Assembly: GCA_964016885.1 (NCBI GenBank)
Contig: OZ024740.1
Coordinates: 367,660,001-367,724,000 of the forward strand
Direction of reading: 5' to 3'
From: Eledone cirrhosa
Taxonomy: Eukaryota
Length of the DNA stretch: 64,000 nt
Position numbers and translations under genes: made by a program. Below, in pieces: positions 1-14,074 of the stretch. Numbering within the stretch: the stretch's first letter is position 1; every line of letters begins with the position of its first letter. The notes under the pieces are model-generated. The model had not been told where the DNA came from. It saw only the letters and a program-made list of their open reading frames with translations, and did no database searches.

Positions 1-518
1 GTGAGCAACCACAGCTTCGTATATTGTCACTGGAGTGTTGCATTGTTAATCAAGCAGCCATGACTCAGGTTTTATACAAGAACATCTACTTTGGAGCTCT
101 GTTGTTTATGCAGAGGCGTCAGTTCATGTCTGGTGAAAGCAATTTTGACCGTATGACTGTTAATGATGTGGTCGTATTTGTGTAGTAGAGGGAAGTATAT
201 ATCTATGAGCGCTAAAATCTTCTTTGCAACATAAGCTTTGGCATTTAACGAGAAAGAATGCCAGAACTAGATTTTTGCTTTATATTTAGGTTTCTTTCCT
301 ATTAGTATTTGGGGAGTGTACTGCTTCTATCCGTATGCTTAGTCATGACCATATTCATAGACTGGAGACCTGCACATTATGCATTGACAAAAAATAATGG
401 ATATTGAATATTCTCCACAACAATATCAAACAACTTAAGACACTTATAGGGCCTTTCCCACGATATTCTCATATTACTAAACACCTTTTAAAGAAATGAC
501 CTCCTTAATATTGTTTTA

Positions 519-555
<37 letters not shown>

Positions 556-556
<1 letters not shown>

Positions 557-799
557 ATTCACAAGAATCAAAGCTATGTTCAAAGCATTTATTCACTTAC
601 AATTGCTTCATCCAAACCTAGGCTTGGAGTCTTCGGACCATTTTTCAATGTTTGAACATATAATTGACCTCCTATCCAACGCAAGAGACATACAGATACA
701 TGTATATATATTGATGTACAGTGGAGTGACATATATTATACTATACTATCTTTGTACAGCAATTCATATTCAAAATCAAAATCAAAATCAAAATTAAAA
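556..799 (-). repeat. ~245-bp arm, inverted copy of 2271-2516; PLE-like 3' end containing a hammerhead motif (590-658, GAAA mutated to GAAG)
   Basis: Near-identical reverse complement of 2271-2516; abuts (TA)n/(GA)n at 520-555. Confidence 0.85.
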
Positions 800-1463
800 T
801 ATATAACAATGTCAGACTTGAACCCATCACCGCATCTAACACCAGACCTCAAGGTCATGCCTTACGCCACAACACCACACTATCTGATCCACCCTCCCTC
901 GACACAAATCATTCCATCTATCTATAACTTCATACCCTAGAAATATCCCCATAAACACCAACTTTTAATATAATTACTTTCAATTACTTATAATTATATA
1001 GTGATATAATACAGTCTATATAAACTTTAAATACTAGATACGGCAGTGAATTATATATGCAACTGTAATTAAATGTATGGAGTAATAACATTAGATATAT
1101 ATAGGATTAATTTATTAACATAAGGGATCTGTCTAACTTATATGTAGGGTGTTGCAATGAATTATATATGAATTATATATGCAAGTATAACTTGATGGGA
1201 AGATTAATGACATTGTAAATTAGGGATGTATTTGTCTGCTCTAGAAATGTATTTGGTTTTGTCATGCAAACAACCATACGCTGCTCCATAACGTACCAGG
1301 GGTTATGTAGACAAAATTCTAATAGGTCCTCTGATATGTTTTGGGAGTAGACTGTATTTACAGTGAACATTGATATAAAGATATGGCACTTTCTATTGAA
1401 GGTTCAATTGTAGCACTATATAATAAAGAGTAATAAACTTCCTATAGATACCTTTAATACATT

Positions 1464-1646
1464 GATTGGCAGTATCGGTAGAGAGTCGGACGCATGCTTT
1501 GCAGCAAAGAGTTACGTCCCTTTATGGTCTGCTTCAAATCCTGCCGAGGTTAACTTTGCCTTTCATCCTTACGGGTTCGATAAAATAAAGCACCAGTAAT
1601 ACACTGGGATAATTGCTGGCCTTGTGCCAAATGTAGAAACAATTAT
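1464..1646 (+). mobile_element. tRNA-derived SINE with Meta-type central domain
   Basis: A-box tggcagtatcgg, B-box-like cttcaaatcc, central gcctttcatccttacgggttcgataaaataaagcaccag, tail ccttgtgccaaatgtagaaacaattat; more than 10 copies in the window. Confidence 0.85.
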
Positions 1647-2270
1647 GATAGCGTAGACTGTATTTAAAATTGAAAATTAGATATTAAGATATAACCTTTT
1701 ATATAAGGGACTCAATTGAGGCACCATATAATGTATGTTAGAACAATGAATTTAGTTATGAGAATCAGCTAGTTACTTCCCCTTATGCATTAACTCCCCT
1801 TAATTACGTACCTACTTCCGGGTAATAAACCACTGTGGATTCTGGCAGCAGAAAGAATCTATTCTATAAATGTGGATTAAATAACACTGAGCCTCAATAC
1901 GCTACTATAATTTAATGCATCAGACATTCAATACGGAATCATCGTAACATATGTGATGGATGTAATAACTGTCTTCCTTTTTCTGAATGAGAAAATGGTG
2001 GTGGATACGAACACTTTAACTTTCTTTTTCTTTTTCTTCGTCTTTTTCTTTCTCTGCACACATACTTTTTTTTATCTATACACAAAATACCCTACCACTA
2101 CAACCACCATAATACTTTTGCTTACTCGCTTGAAGTGCTTGCATTACATGTAACAATTTGCCACACAATAATCGTATATAAATGAGATACACATGCATGC
2201 TTCATGTGTAACTAACGCATACACTACCTACTAGATCTGACTATCAAACTATCTTCTTGGATTATGTGTG

Positions 2271-2516
2271 TTTTAATTTTGATTTTGATTTTGATTTTGA
2301 ATATGAATTGCTGTACAAAGATAGTATAGTATAATATATGTCACTCCACTGTACATCAATATATATACATGTATCTGTATGTCTCTTGCGTTGGATAGGA
2401 GGTCAATTATATGTACAAACATTGAAAAATGGTCCGAAGACTCCAAGCCTAGGTTTGGATGAAACAATTGTAAGTGAATAAATACTTTGAACATAGCTTT
2501 GATTCTTGTGAATTCT
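2271..2516 (+). repeat. ~245-bp arm, inverted copy of 556-799
   Basis: Direct sequence comparison. Confidence 0.85.
2412..2480 (+). ncRNA. Type I hammerhead-like ribozyme, UUGAAAA core, branched stem II
   Basis: TTGAAAA-at-[ggtc cgaa gact]-[ccaagcc ta ggtttgg]-at-GAAAC AATT GTA; stem I imperfect. Confidence 0.6.
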
Positions 2517-2647
2517 ATATAACTGCTCTGTAGAACAACTGATGTTATTACATTGAGCTATTTATCTTACTGGTAATAAGGTAGTAATAAATTACTAACC
2601 TTCACTGTTTAAGGTTTAAAATATACATAACCATAAATAGTATCCTG

Positions 2648-2676
<29 letters not shown>

Positions 2677-2683
<7 letters not shown>

Positions 2684-2870
2684 ATACTTGGGGAGTGTCA
2701 TATTTGTGTAATATTGCCAGAATTAATAACAGAACACACTCACTGTTTGGTTGGTTTTCACTTTTCGCTCCTGTGTCTTTTATATCGGTAATCTAATTTA
2801 TTCGGTCCTCAATGTTGCCATTGACTGACCATGGTCAAAAATAATATAGACGCAAACACATATATAATTC
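2677..2870 (+). repeat. PLE-like 3'-end fragment between (TA)n tracts; same family as 35745-35980
   Basis: Shared ttgttatacttgggga...agacgcaaacacatatata; the 35.7-kb copy keeps a hammerhead 3' half GAAACAAATATTGTT. Confidence 0.7.
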
Positions 2871-2877
2871 ATCGCCG

Positions 2878-2943
<66 letters not shown>

Positions 2944-3050
2944 GTACATATATGTAGTGTAGCTGTTTGTATATTCATACGGGTGGAAAAGAACTGGATC
3001 AAAGGTGAGGTATTAAAGAGTTAAGCTGTGTATTATTTAGTACTTGTCAT

Positions 3051-3095
3051 CACTACGAACGTTTCGAAGCTATTATTGTGGCTTCTTCTCAAGCA
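3051..3095 (-). ncRNA. Minimal type I hammerhead, UUGAGAA core
   Basis: tgc TTGAGAA gaagc...gcttc GAAAC GTTC GTA gtg; stem II perfect, stem I weak. Confidence 0.65.
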
Positions 3096-3408
3096 TTTGT
3101 GAGGCAACATGTTTATTGTCTTCATGCTTGCATGAGAAAACACATTTTTGTGAATTAAGTGTACATTACCCTCCCTATCAAAAACGTTAAACATATATGA
3201 ACTCTGAGTATTTTATGTGCCTTCTACTGAAATCCCACCGAAAGTTACACTTTGAGTGTCGCGGTATTTGATAGCAATAGAAATACTTCGTTGGTTGTAT
3301 TATTAAACAAGAATCTATTGGAGTAATATTGGTATAAATGTTTGACCGTCGGACAAATTGTCTTGTCACAATTAGATACAGCTCTTTATTTTCTGCATTC
3401 AAATATCG

Positions 3409-3540
3409 CTGAGGTCAACTTTTTCTTTCATTCTTTCGGGATTGATAAAATAAATGACAAATAAAGTGCTGCTGTCTATATAATTTTCTTTCCCTTCCCA
3501 AATAACGTTGACATTGTGCCAAAATTAGAAACCATTATTA
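3409..3540 (+). mobile_element. Diverged Meta-domain SINE fragment
   Basis: ttcaaatatcgctgaggtcaactttttctttcattctttcgggattgataaaa...ttgtgccaaaattagaaaccattatt. Confidence 0.6.
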
Positions 3541-3805
3541 GCCACGAAAATAATCCATTCCTCGATGACTTTACCTGGCAGTTATTTAATTGTCAAAGCT
3601 TTTCATCACTTATTATATAACATTCCCTATAAGAATTTGAGCCCGTCCGTGTCTTTTACTTTTCTGATTTTGTTTCATTTACTCCTCCAGCTATCTGTCA
3701 TTGGTTTCAGCATATAAAGTAGTATTCATGAAGATACAGTACCAAATAATATACAAATAATATATTATGAATATACCAAGTATTCTTTCCCCTACTCTCT
3801 CTCTG

Positions 3806-3847
<42 letters not shown>

Positions 3848-4890
3848 GGAATGACGATACACATACACGAACTTCTGCTAACAAAGTCACTTGTTAAAAT
3901 GGCAGCCAACAATGCCTTTAGTCACAAAATAAATGAAAATAACGACATACTGACAGGCATTATGTCCTCTCAATTCTATAACTTAGATAATTATATTATG
4001 TTTACAATTCACCCAGCGGTTTTGCGTAATATCTTTAATCAGAAATTGGAGCACAGATAGAGTCAGACAAACTAACTTCATACAATGGAAGTGAAAAACT
4101 TGTTTTTCTCTATACTTAATTAAATAATATGACGTAGAAAATGTTATATGCAATGCAATATTTATTTTGCAAGACACTTCATTTACTGAAAGCACTTCTA
4201 ACCATATAAAGCTGAGAACTGTATAATGTACGCATTCAGCATTAACTTTAGATAGTGATATAATCATACTCAGTGTACAGTTACTGTGACACTAAAGACT
4301 AAATGGAAATTGCAGAAATAAGAGCGAAGAAAGATTTTTTAATCTGCTCTCTCAAAAAATAAATGTGTTAAAACTGCAAGATTTCAGAGGTATCTCGACT
4401 AATAATGGTGACATAGATATCTCATCTGGTCACCAGTATCACACGTATCTAACTAACACTTTAACAGTAAACTAATTTTGAGACCTGGTAAATACATCCA
4501 GCCATGTAAATAACGTTATACACACAACACTCAACATTCTAAGACCTACAATTAATATGATGCCATTTAAACTTCGAAGCAATAGGTCTCAGCCCCCAAA
4601 TATCCGTGAAGGAACACAACCGAAATAGCAAATGATTTACAGTCAATTACAATTCTGTGTATCCATCATAGCCACGAGGTTATAATTAGTACAAGCGAAT
4701 GTTTTTGTACTTACACATACACACACATACACACACACACGTGTGCACACCCACACGTGTGCACACCCACACACACACATATACACATACACACATACAC
4801 ACACACACATACACACACACACACACAACCACACACACACACACACACATATATATATTTATATTTATATATATATATATATATAGATGA

Positions 4891-4939
4891 GATTCTACAG
4901 GACTAGAACTGTTTCATTCTTTAGAAATCATCAGGAATC
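4891..4939 (-). ncRNA. Type I hammerhead ribozyme
   Basis: gattc CTGATGA t-ttct aa agaa-t GAAAC AG ttctagtc CT GTA gaatc. Confidence 0.75.
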
Positions 4940-5537
4940 AGAGATTTCTAAACTTTTATACTCTGTTATGTATTGACTTACTGTGGTTACCTCCGATTCA
5001 ACCCGGAATAACGTATATATATGTATATAGATTTATATGTTTGTGTGTTTGGTTCAGATGCTTTTTATATTTCATATAAAACAGATTTTCTCAGTGGTTA
5101 CTGAAATATAGCGTACTTCTTGGTGTCGGAATATTGCCCTTGAGTAATTACGTTTGCGAAATAATGTTTGTATGTAAACGTAGAACATAGAGAACCAAAA
5201 TATGAGCACAATGGAACAAATAACTGTTCAACGAGACCAGATATTATGTGCAAAAAGAAATCTTGTTGCACACAGGGAAATGGGAAATTTTCACAAACTG
5301 TATTATTACACAATGAGAAAAAAATCTCAGTAGAAAATAGTGATACAGTTAAGAATATAAGGTTAAGCTAAATCCGTGTTCTAAAAGGAAATATAGAAAT
5401 AGTGTCTAATAGAAAAAGGGCCATGTTATATGCGTGTGTGCTATATTGTGACTACGTATGTGCTTGTATATGTCTGTCTATGTGCATGTATGAATCTATG
5501 TACATATATATATATGTATTTATATCTATCAATCTAT

Positions 5538-5583
<46 letters not shown>

Positions 5584-5588
<5 letters not shown>

Positions 5589-5705
5589 AACCAGTAAGAC
5601 CCCGACAGCTGAGCTCAAGCCGTTTCGACGGCTAATTCTGGACTCGTCCAGAATTAGCCGTCGAAACGGCTTGAGCTCAGCTGTCGGGGTCTTACTGGTT
5701 CCTAT
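5584..5705. repeat. Perfect 60-bp inverted repeat with 2-nt loop, containing a hammerhead 3' half (GAAAC GGCT..AGCT GTC); element continues to ~5783, flanked by (TA)n
   Basis: 5584-5643 is the exact reverse complement of 5646-5705; related copy at ~8530-8670 on the minus strand. Confidence 0.9.
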
Positions 5706-5781
5706 TACCCACTCTACTACCTTAAGTATTGAGTACTTTGGTGCGTTATGGTCCACCTGGTTCCTTACCACATTTCCTTCG

Positions 5782-5814
<33 letters not shown>

Positions 5815-5876
5815 TATAGATTGAGGGATATACATACATACATACATAGATACATACATGCACATAAACACACATA

Positions 5877-5967
<91 letters not shown>

Positions 5968-7216
5968 GAGAAATTCAGTTGAAAGTAGTTAGACCACTAC
6001 TCGGTACTCGATACTTGGGTAGTAGTCTATGGTAATATTTTAAAGAGTCAGCACCTGACGGCTAAGCCACCACCGTTTCAACAGCTGTTTCCAGTGTCTG
6101 GAACTGGCTGGGGTGTGTCAATTCGATTCAAGGGAAGTATATTATTGCATTGAACCTGATATTTCGGAGAACATTCTTTGAGCACTCGTGCAAACGCATT
6201 GCACATGCAATAGTGTTATAATTCACGCATTTTACAAGGTAATTTATGATTCTGAGAGTGATTATCTATCCTGCGGAAAATCGCAACAGGATTCTCTTGA
6301 AATGGTACCCTATCATCATGAACAGAGAAACACTTATTTAAGCACTGTAGTACGTTGCAGGACTGATGTTTATGATAAAACAAAAAACAAGAAAAAAAAG
6401 CACTAACAGTAGCAACAACAACCAGAAATGATTTTATTTGTAATTCTATTGATTTATGCAATACGGACCTTTATAATATACATGGAAAAATGACCAGAGT
6501 GTAAATTAATTGAATTAACTACCAGAAGGAACCGGAAAGCTTGATTAAACTTCATGTAAACTTTTGCTCTGCTGCATTCTTCAGGAGAACCAATAATCTA
6601 TTGAGTACGCATTCATCCATACAAGAACTTACATAAACATAAGAAACACAAATGCGAGATGGAAAACACATATCTGTGTTATAGAAAAAAACTTGTTAAA
6701 GAAAGACGTTGGGCAAATAAGATGTATTTATTAATGAAATCAATAAACCTTTTTTCAAAACAAATCTGCATTAAGAACATTCTTCGATCCAGCTGCGATT
6801 AGAAATGCCTATTCATGCTGAATATATTAAGAGTAATAAATCCGACCAGTAATATTTTCAGTGGAGAGGAAATGTTTCGCTTGAAATCATACACGTCACT
6901 GACACGTGTATCAATTTTTAAATTATGCAAACATATACTCTATTGAATAAATTTAACAATATAATAATATTCGGTATAATGAGATAGAATGGAAGTTGTT
7001 AGTTTATATATAGTTCAGTCTCTCAGAGAATAATTAGCTTTTTATATTGCATCAAGTTATTCACTCTAGTCATGTGTATCATTACAGTACATTCTGATGT
7101 ATTTTTTATATGATTAGATTATTTTTACATTATCGTTTTCATGTATTCATAACTTTATGTTATAACTATGAATGCATTTGGATATATATCGGCCTATATA
7201 AATATACGTAAATATG

Positions 7217-7248
<32 letters not shown>

Positions 7249-7249
7249 A

Positions 7250-7324
<75 letters not shown>

Positions 7325-7339
7325 ACACACACATACACA

Positions 7340-7385
<46 letters not shown>

Positions 7386-7412
7386 ACACACACATACACA
7401 ATACACACACAT

Positions 7413-7448
<36 letters not shown>

Positions 7449-7586
7449 AGGGCGGGTACAATTTCCGAGATCCATGGACGAGTTCTCTCCAGCGGTCTCT
7501 GTCCCTCATTATCGCTGCCATATCCTTTAATATAGAAATGGCTTCTACGGGACTAGAACTCTTTCATTCGGGAGAAATCTTGAGAG

Positions 7587-7633
7587 CTTCCTGATGATTT
7601 CTCCGGAATGAAACTGTTCTACTCCTGTAGAAG
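7587..7633 (+). ncRNA. Type I hammerhead, same family as 4891-4939, in fold-back 7530-7643
   Basis: cttc CTGATGA tttc tccg gaat GAAAC tg..ct GTA gaag. Confidence 0.65.
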
Positions 7634-7877
7634 ACATTTTTATATTAAATATTTATACTCTGCTATGTATTGTGTACCCTACTTACTGTGGTTACCCCCA
7701 ATTGAACCCGGGATAAACTTCTATATATATATTGTTGAGTGTTTTCTCTCAGCTACCTCTGGAACAAAAGGAAACTGTCATCTACCACGTGGTGTTTTAT
7801 GAGGAGGTTTTCTTGTAAACAAAACAAATATTAATAATATTGTGATGATATAATATTAAAAGTAGAAACAATTATAA

Positions 7878-8068
7878 TAATTGTTTCTACTTTTGGCACA
7901 AGACCAGCAATTAACCAGTACATTACTGGCACTTTATTTGCTCGACCCCGTAAGGTTGTAAGGCAATCCCGTAGAGGTTAACATTGCCTTACGGTGTCGA
8001 TAGAATAAAGTACCAGTAATGTACTGAGATAAATGGTGGCCTTGTGCCAAAAGTAGAAACAATTATTA
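7878..8068. mobile_element. Two Meta-domain SINE 3' halves in inverted (head-to-head) arrangement
   Basis: ttgtttctacttttggcacaag... on the left and ...cttgtgccaaaagtagaaacaattatt on the right. Confidence 0.7.
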
Positions 8069-8358
8069 TAATATTATTATCCACGTTGAATTGACAGTAT
8101 CGATAGAGGGTCGGACATGCTTTCCACCATAGTTACGTCCCTTTATTAATCACCCCCTGGTCGAGATAAAATTTGGTCGTTTTGACTACTGCTATTTATA
8201 GTGGTAGTAGATTGACCTCCCTGCCTCTGCCTTCTATCTTTGCACACGGCGCTGGACAGAATTGCTTCCACATCATTCATTCTCATCTCGGGAACAATTT
8301 TGAATAGCGCCAGTTCGTAATTCGAACTCGGGAATTTTATATTCTCCGAGTGAAAATA

Positions 8359-8445
8359 ACCTTCTGACGAGAGTTTATCTTTTCAATGGAGGCCCGCAAG
8401 GACTATCCATCTATTTTTGAGACTCGAAACCGTTTTGGTAAAGGT
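8359..8445 (+). ncRNA. Canonical type I hammerhead ribozyme, predicted cleavage after GUA at 8440
   Basis: acctt CTGACGA gagttt...agactc GAAA CC gtttt GG TA aaggt; all three stems pair. Confidence 0.85.
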
Positions 8446-8769
8446 AACCATAGTAAGTACAGTGAATCTTTTGAAATTTATTTTGAAACTTCTTCTTATT
8501 TGCTAAACCTTGATTATATATATATATATATATAACAAAGCAATTGTGGTAAGGAACGAGATGGAGCATAACGCACAAGAGTACTCAATACTTAGGGCAG
8601 TAGAGTGGGAAATAGGAAAAAGTATGACCCCGATGGCAGAGCTCAAGCCGTTCCGACGACTATTTCTATATTACCTTTTAGAAGACGGATTTAGCTTAAC
8701 CTTATATTCATAACAGTATCACTATTTTCTACTGAGATTTTTCTCATTGGGTAATAATACATAATACTC

Positions 8770-8903
8770 TCTATCCATCGCAACTCAAGGTAGAAGCAGC
8801 GGGAAGTAGCATCTTGCCCAAGAACATAAAGCATCCCACGGTCTGAGAATCGAACTCACGACCTCACGATTGCGAATCCAATTCTGTCACCACGCTGCCA
8901 CAC
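8770..8903 (-). mobile_element. Second tRNA-derived SINE family, 5' part (another copy at 9570-9690)
   Basis: B-box gagttcgattc followed by cttgggcaagatgct on the minus strand; two similar copies. Confidence 0.6.
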
Positions 8904-9685
8904 AATTATATGAGTTAGTCTAACTTAATTTATTCGCTCTGACTTATACTCTCCTAAATTGAGATTTTGGCATGAGTTTGCTAAGTTAAATTACTTCTCT
9001 GCGTGGTATTTTATACGTAAATGTTATCCATTCATTGAGATGTCTAAGTATTAAAGAAACATATTTGTTAAATTTAATATTATCCACACCTTCATTGTAG
9101 ATTAGATTTAGACAGATTTTTGCTGCTATTTCTAGGGTCAATATAAGCCTGTTGTATTGTGCTTATATACAGAGAGAGATTTGATCATTTAGAGCTTCAA
9201 CTAGGCAATGTTTTTGACACCATGTACTTTCGGAAACGAAATCGTCTGTTTACTTTATGATCAATATCTCTTATTCCTTTGAAAATGTTCTTTTAATATT
9301 GTTAGTTCCAATAATTTGAAACAGCCAATATTGCTCCAGAAACAATGGTAGGGAATCAATTATATGGGTTAGACTAAATCATTTTTGTCGGTCTGAATAT
9401 ACACACACACGCACACACAGTCGCTCTCACATACACACTTGTACACACATATACACAAACACACACATACATACATATATGCACGCATATATATATGACA
9501 GGCGATCAACTTTCGTCAAATCGGACCAAGGAAACAATGTTTCCGTTGGTCTTTCCAATTGCTAATACTATCTATCGGTCGCAACTCCAGGTAGAAGGAG
9601 CAACGTGAAATAAAGTGTCTTGCTCAAGGTCATAACGCATCGCCCGGTCCAGAAATCGAACTCACAACCTCACAATTGCGAATCC

Positions 9686-9788
<103 letters not shown>

Positions 9789-9835
9789 AGAGAGTATTGA
9801 AGTTTGCTTCAAGCATTGTGGAATAATAAGGTAAA

Positions 9836-10437
9836 TTTCTTTAAGTCGTTTGGAAGCCTCGACAATGCAAACGGGTAAATTTCCGGGTAACAAGATCCGG
9901 TGGTGGAGAGAGAGATGTAAGTGGGTGTACGTTGAGATGCGTGGCGTGTATAAGACGTGTAAAGGAATGATGGAAAGAGCATAAAGGATAAAATAAAAAT
10001 AACAACACGAGAGAGAGTTTACTTTCTGAGAGATTTAATTGTCCCTATATATTTCGGATTCACATCCATCAACTGGGTTTTTTTTCAGGGTGGGGGAAAG
10101 GTTGTCTGTCGGAAAGGTGCGAAACGCGTCCTCCGCTGTTTGTTGTTTTGAATATCTATTCCGACAGACAACCTTTCCCCCACCCTGGAAAAAAACTCCA
10201 GTTGATGGATGTGAATCCGAAATATATAGGGAAAATTAAATCTCTCCCAAGGTAACTCTCTCTCGTATTGTTATTTTAATTTTATCCTTTATGCTCTTTC
10301 CTTCATTGCTCTACACGTCTTATACACGCCACGCATCTCAACATACACCCACTTACATCTCTCTCTCCACCACCGGATCTTGTTACCCGGAGATTTACCC
10401 GTTTGCATTGTCGAGGCTTCCAAGCGACTTAAAGAAA
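9836..10437. repeat. Fold-back element, ~280-bp arms, 44-nt loop holding hammerhead 3' half GAAACGCGTC, between (TA)n tracts
   Basis: 9836-10114 is the reverse complement of 10159-10437 with scattered mismatches. Confidence 0.85.
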
Positions 10438-10443
10438 GTTGAC

Positions 10444-10589
<146 letters not shown>

Positions 10590-10595
10590 ATATAC

Positions 10596-10654
<59 letters not shown>

Positions 10655-13600
10655 CGTATGAATTATATCAATTATATCTCATTTTGTACGAAATTGAAAG
10701 CGATATATAGCTTGATAAGCAATGGTTTACTTTAATGTAGATAGCGAGGAATGTAAATTAAATTCAGCTAATAAAATGCACACATTTTGTAAACCTCAAA
10801 TTATCTCCTTCTTTTATAATTAGCAGGCTATCATTATTTGTGGTCAACTACATGCATATGGCACTCATTCAAACTACTCCTGGAAATGTCATGTAAACGG
10901 GGTGATCATACAGTATACATATTCAATCCGAGAGAAGTAACAGAACCAAACACCGCTGTGCATTAGTGGTGGATATCACATATGTTCAGAGGGGGAATTT
11001 CTGTTGCTTCACAATTGTTTTTCGGTTTGATTCCCCAAGAAAAGATATTTGGTGGAAGTATACTTATTTTACATCTTATTAATTAAATCGAACCAAATAG
11101 ACAAATGCTCTACAAAGCGTTTGCGACGATCCATTTGTATTTCATAAAAAAGAATCGTTGGAAAATTTAATCATACCTACTCTTATTCATATCAAAACAT
11201 CCCTTGTCAACAAATAGGAAATGAACAGCTATTAATTGGAACCTATATATCATTTGACTTTTCTTATCTCACAGAATGTGAATTTGATATATGTTTGACG
11301 ACTTAATGATCTTATACATGATATAACTGCACGGCTCTACTTGCGTAACAATGTCGTACTGACTACTACAGTCAAGTATGATAAACGTATTTCTAATACA
11401 GATGTGAAGCTTCAGTTATGACTCGCAGATAATAATAATTGGTGATTTCTCACATTCACTCTCCTTTAATAATGGAATTATACGTTTTATGGTGTGCTGG
11501 CAAGAAAGATGCTAGTCTTCCTAGCATTGAATACGTCAATATAAATATTAATCCAGGCTCTCGGCCTGTCTTGTGTCCAACAAGTACGCAGCAGATCAAA
11601 TCCGTATGCTAAGCAGTGTAATATCCTCCAAGTCACCAGTGTTGGCCTGAACAATACATATGGACATATATTTAATTGCGCTGACATACAAGGTATCGGT
11701 CTATTTGTACATTCCAAAATATGTTAAGAAAAGCCCTTCCGTATTTTACTATGATTAATAAACGTCATTTACATTCGGACATCCATATTCAAAAATCTCA
11801 AATTTTCCCAACGGTTCTTACGTCAATTAGATGTTCACACATCTCATTATAAACTCGAATCCTTCCAGTTAATAAGCAGAATACGTGAATGTATTTGGTC
11901 ATATATTCGTCTGGCATCCGAGAGATGTGGTGTTCGTTGTCTTATAGGTGTACATTCCGCAGATTTACTTACTAATGATCGAATATTGTCGATTCTGAAC
12001 TACAAATTTGTCACAAATTTGTACCAATAAGTTGTTGGTTTCTGTTCTTGATTGAATATCCTAATCGTCACAGTACCTTTTATATCAACACTGCTTTGCA
12101 AACATTTCTAACACGTTAAATCTGCCTGAACGAATAAATAGCGATGCTATTTCCGAGAAGCTCAATTTATCTTACACACACAATCATATATATATATATA
12201 TATGTATAAGTATATATATACAAGATGAACGTTTCGGCGTTTTCATAAACTATTACATGTGAAATATATTGACTCCCTCCACGTTAGAATTTACATTTGA
12301 AAACGAAGTAACTGTATATTTATTGTCTCTGTAACTTCTGGGCTAATTGTTGAGAAATATTTCAGAATTTGATTTACATTGCGCTATACGTCCGTTAGTA
12401 TTTCGATAGTAATATATTTCGTTTCTCTTGAAATGACATTGGGAAGAATGAACAATGATACCGCTGACAATATAAGAGCATATTGTTTGCTTATTGGCTT
12501 CAAATACTTTCTTCAAATCATTAGCTTCTATTCATTGTGCCCTGCTATGGAAAATGTTGTTCATTGAAGACAAATGATCTTCTGCTATCTAAACAATTTA
12601 ACATCCCTACCTAAGGATTGTGATTCTACCGTTTTCTACTTTTTCAAAATGTTTGCTTACGAAAGTAAATAATCTCAAGTATATTTGAAACTTCGTCTAT
12701 ACCTTGCAGTGTTGAAATTCAAATTCTCATTGACTTTCACACATTGTTTGGAAAAACACTTACACTGTCTCATTAATAATCCTCTTCTATCGTGACAACC
12801 AGATACGTTCTACTCAGCAGTTGCAAAACCCGCTAAATATTACAATAAAATCCCACTCAAGTAACATAACTATGTAATCTTAAAAGAGTTTACATTCCAT
12901 AATGACACAATGTTGTTTTATATAGAGTATGTTTAAAAAATGATGGGATAGCATGTGATTAACTATTGTTCAGAACGATCTCAAGAAAGTCTATATGTCT
13001 GAAACAATCCATTCTATTAAATCTTTATTACCATAAGATTCGTTTGACACTAAAATGTGTAGAGGCGCAGCCACTACGAATAAAGTAAAGCAATTACATA
13101 TATGTAGTGCTTGCTATTTTATGCATAATCGAGTGAGAATCAATAAATCACTAGCAACGTATTCTAAATGTTCATCTAATCGATAGAGCACATTGATATT
13201 AACAGCTTTATTTTCTATTTAGAAAATATTTGGAAAGTAACATTTCTTACTGGATAAATAACAAATGTCACCAGATTTATAAGTTAAAAGAAGTAGGTCA
13301 TCGATGTCATAGGTTTTAATCAAGTAAAATGAATGGAAGTGAAATGTCACCTCTGGTCTGTGCTGCAACTCACTTATAAATATTGTCCATTTGTAACTTA
13401 ATAAGTACTGTTATATTGTCGGCTGAATCTTCAAACAGAAGTTTGATATTGCTAGATGGCACATGAAAGATTCTTATGAATGCAATTACATTTACTTACA
13501 CGCATATACAGATATACATATCCATATAAACACAGCGATGTAGAGTGACTAATGCATGCAAATGTGCTTTTTAGTACTGAAAGCTTTTAAAATATGTTTT

Positions 13601-14074
13601 TAAAAGAAAAGACTAACCTAAAATGATTATGTTTCTTCACGTAGCATTTCTCATGTCAACACAAACGAACACTATCTACAGATATTAAGAAAAATATTAC
13701 AAATTGGAAATATATCAACATACATAATGTACATCAATTCAATAAAGACACATAAAACTAAGAACACTAGGCAATGAACATCAATTTATTCTCGTAAAGG
13801 AAGTTGAACCTTAAAGAGGTAATCAAGTATTATTGCTTTCTGATAATAGTAGAAGTATTTTGGTATTGATTTCTTAATAATTGAATTGCTTCTGTACAAA
13901 ATCGATACATTATATATTGTATATAAATAGAAAGATTTTTCTCGGAGCATCAACATGTAATTATGTCGTATTCGGGTATTCTAACTAAAATGTTAGTATG
14001 ATAATGCTTCGTATATATGATTTAAATTTATTCAGTGTTTTCACAATAAGGTTAATCCAAATTGGAGCGACTAC

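Noticed and set aside
576-797. Duplicated 73-aa ORF (also 2273-2494)
   Set aside because: Antisense to a ribozyme-bearing repeat arm; no protein motif
10740-14070. Long AT-rich unique-looking stretch as possible host exons
   Set aside because: No credible ORF, splice pattern or recognisable domain visible
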